From contig CAYMMG010000005.1 of the NCBI GenBank assembly GCA_964391505.1, positions 19,676 to 83,675 on the forward strand: a DNA stretch of 64,000 nucleotides, in the 5' to 3' direction. The notes below the pieces were generated by a model that saw only the letters and a program-made list of their open reading frames with translations, was not told the origin of the DNA and made no database searches. The position numbers and the translations under genes are program-made. Below, one piece after another: positions 61,866 through 64,000 of the stretch. Source of the stretch: an uncultured Burkholderiales bacterium. Its GTDB lineage: Bacteria > Actinomycetota > Acidimicrobiia > IMCC26256 > JAGPDB01. Each line of letters opens with the position of its first letter. The stretch's first letter is position 1.

Positions 61866-62483
61866 ATGACAAAATATCCATCTAATCCCAAGGTTGACGA
61901 GTTCATAGACGGCACTGATAGGTGGCAGAAAGAGTTCAAGAAACTGAGACAGGTCGTTCTTAGTTGTGAACTGAGCGAAGACTTTAAGTGGAAACATCCG
62001 TGTTATGTGCTCGATAAAAATAATGTAGTCCTGATACATGGGTTTAAGGATTATTGTGCGCTTTTGTTTTTTAATGGTGCTCTGATGAAAGACCCTAGGA
62101 ATATCTTGATCCAACAAACGGAAAATGTTCAAGTAAGGCGACAGATTAGGTTTACCAGCGTGAAGGAAATAGACGAGATGGAAGCCATCATAAAGTCTTA
62201 CATTAAAGAAGCCATTAAAGTTGAAAAAGCTGGCTTAAAAGCCGAGATGAAAACAACTTCAGATTTCGTGATTCCTGATGAGCTTCAGTATAAGTTTGAT
62301 GAGATGCCTCGATTGAGATCTGCTTTCGAATCGCTTACTCCAGGAAGGCAAAGGGGATACCTCCTGTATTTCTCTGCTCCCAAACAATCAAAAACTCGAG
62401 AGTCACGAATAGAAAACTATGTTGATCGTATTCTCGATGGAATCGGACTCAATGACGAATTCACATCTAAAAAGAAAAAATAG
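61866..62483 (+). CDS. YdeI/OmpD-associated family protein (DUF1801 + YdeI domains)
   Basis: The N-terminal part is DUF1801-like. The C-terminal part has LTPGRQRGYLLYFSAPKQSKTRESRI, typical of YdeI. ATG 61866 is preferred over the upstream ATG at 61755. Confidence 0.65.
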   Translation: MTKYPSNPKVDEFIDGTDRWQKEFKKLRQVVLSCELSEDFKWKHPCYVLDKNNVVLIHGFKDYCALLFFNGALMKDPRNILIQQTENVQVRRQIRFTSVKEIDEMEAIIKSYIKEAIKVEKAGLKAEMKTTSDFVIPDELQYKFDEMPRLRSAFESLTPGRQRGYLLYFSAPKQSKTRESRIENYVDRILDGIGLNDEFTSKKKK

Positions 62484-62577
62484 CACTGCTGGGAACTTAG
62501 CGATATAAGCGATCCATTGGAATTTCGAAATTAATAGAGACCCCAAATCCCATTAAAACATCAACTAACCTTTCAAC

Positions 62578-63624
62578 ATGCTTTTCCCGAAACTGTACGA
62601 ATCTTCCCACGAATTTAGGCCTTCTATTCAGAGGAAGGTAGGGCTTCTCATTTTTGGAGGAGCATTCATGGGTATGCTTCTTATCAATTTTGCGCCCGAC
62701 CAGTTCGGAAATTTTCTCGAAGCAAAGTCAGGCATGGGAAGTTGGTCATGGGCGAAGTTTATCGATAAAGGAATAATGTCGATTTTCTTTTTTGCAGCTG
62801 GTATGGAAATTCGTCACGAGTTCTTCCATGGCCATTTAACCGACAAAGATACAAGAAAATTACCTCTCTATTGCGCGATTGGTGGCGTTGTCGCGCCGCT
62901 GATCTTGATGGCGATATTTGGCGGCATTTCATCAATCCTCTCGATTGATAACAGTGGTGATGTATTCTCTGGATTACCAATACCCGTTGCTACGGACATC
63001 GTTTTTGCGCTTGCATTTTTAAGTTTTTTCGCAACACGAATCCCAAAATCGTTGAGAGCCTTTGTTCTTGCTTTTGCGGTCATTGATGATTTAATTGGCC
63101 TTTGCATGCTCTTCGTTTTGCAAGGATCGATTTCTCCAACTGCTGTCGCTGTTGTTGTCGGATTTTGCATACCTACAAGAATTAATACCTATCAGCTAAG
63201 AAGTCATTTATTAGCGAAACTGCTAATAATCAATAGCTTTTTTGTATTACCGATATTTGCATTGGCTAATGGCGGAGTTTCCTTCAAAGGGGTTTCCATT
63301 AGTGAAATTGCTTCACAACCACTTTTTTGGGCAATAATTGTTTCTCAATTCGTCGGTAAAATCATTGGAATATACATGGTTTCTCTTTTTGCAGTTCGCT
63401 CACCGAAACTTTCAATTCCGCGAGGTTGCACTAAACAACACATGATGGTTGCAGCCTCCGTTGCAGCAATTGGTTTTACGCTTTCGCTCTATCTAGCAAA
63501 GGCGGCTTTCGAAGGCGACTACTCTGCTCTCCTCGTGGCGAAGTTAGGCGTGGTTGCCGCAACACTTATTGCAATAGGATATGCGGTTGCCATTACGCGA
63601 AGGCTTCCTGTGATAAAACCATAA
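62578..63624 (+). CDS. nhaA: Na+/H+ antiporter NhaA
   Basis: 348 aa, polytopic, with FFFAAGMEIRHEF and AVIDDLIG motifs. Confidence 0.85.
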   Translation: MLFPKLYESSHEFRPSIQRKVGLLIFGGAFMGMLLINFAPDQFGNFLEAKSGMGSWSWAKFIDKGIMSIFFFAAGMEIRHEFFHGHLTDKDTRKLPLYCAIGGVVAPLILMAIFGGISSILSIDNSGDVFSGLPIPVATDIVFALAFLSFFATRIPKSLRAFVLAFAVIDDLIGLCMLFVLQGSISPTAVAVVVGFCIPTRINTYQLRSHLLAKLLIINSFFVLPIFALANGGVSFKGVSISEIASQPLFWAIIVSQFVGKIIGIYMVSLFAVRSPKLSIPRGCTKQHMMVAASVAAIGFTLSLYLAKAAFEGDYSALLVAKLGVVAATLIAIGYAVAITRRLPVIKP

Positions 63625-63699
63625 ACGAAGCTGGCGTACCTATGAATTTTCTACGGATATCGTTTTGAGTAATGAATATACCTGGTAGGGAGAACGGGT

Positions 63700-63999
63700 C
63701 TACTTCAGCGCGGTTCTCAATGCGGTGACCTTTGCATTTACTATCGAGTACCAGATCCAAGTCCCACGCCGTTCTTTTTTTACAAGGCCTGCATCATAGA
63801 GAACTTTGAGATGATGGCTGATCGTTGGTTGGGATTTTCCAAGAGGTTCTACTAGTTCGCATGCACAAACTTCTCCTCTCTCACTTGCAGCAATTAGGTT
63901 GAAGAGTCGAAGTCGAACAGGATCGGAAAGGGCAGCAAAGCCTTCAGCTAGGTCGGACGCAACGGACTCGGAGATAGTTTCAGAGATAACTGAGCAGCA
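63700..63999 (-). CDS. ArsR/SmtB family metalloregulator, C-terminal 99 codons + stop (5' end outside window)
   Basis: My own translation of the minus strand gives ...FAALSDPVRLRLFNLIAASERGEVCACELVEPLGKSQPTISHHLKVLYDAGLVKKERRGTWIWYS...*. This ORF is not in the supplied track because it runs off the end of the window. Confidence 0.75.
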   Translation of the reverse strand, partial: CCSVISETISESVASDLAEGFAALSDPVRLRLFNLIAASERGEVCACELVEPLGKSQPTISHHLKVLYDAGLVKKERRGTWIWYSIVNAKVTALRTALK

Positions 64000-64000
64000 C

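Overview
This is a 64-kb chromosomal window with actinobacterial-type gene content and synteny. It resembles the Mycobacterium tuberculosis Rv3240c-Rv3267 and Rv1334-Rv1341 neighbourhoods (recalled from memory), but by eye has lower GC (not computed). No rRNA, CRISPR array, transposase or integrase was seen.

- **Left third:** cell-envelope sugar activation and glycosylation genes (LCP, rmlB, rmlD, GT2, NDP-sugar pyrophosphorylase, epimerase, a 1022-aa GT2-membrane fusion, a 917-aa polytopic protein, phosphomannomutase, PGI/PMI). These are interleaved with the F420 genes cofD/cofE, ftsH and a CPBP protease.
- **Middle:** ahcY, comF, hpf, secA, prfB, ftsEX, an M23 peptidase, a 1-Cys peroxiredoxin and TetR plus an F420-type reductase. 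Next come two diverged tandem methyltransferase paralogs and an HNH nuclease abutting the tmRNA gene. These are followed by smpB, the Mec/CysO/CysM sulfur-carrier cysteine route, tsaC, a PP-loop::MurD-type fusion, rph, rdgB and rpiA.
- **Right third (after tRNA-Leu):** accessory-looking genes, including a tightly coupled four-gene operon (KAS III-like, heme-oxygenase-like, His-rich membrane protein, unknown).

The most unusual signals, in order:
1. A structured ~80-100 nt intergenic repeat family: 10 units at 7 loci, all between 21.6 and 48.8 kb. Its substitutions preserve a hairpin on one strand only.
2. A composite tandem/inverted repeat block between prfB and ftsE.
3. The orphan KAS III / HO-like operon.
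4. The methyltransferase pair plus HNH nuclease next to ssrA.
5. The PP-loop::MurD fusion sitting where murI lies in mycobacteria.

All functional calls rest on motif recognition by eye. No database search or computation was run.
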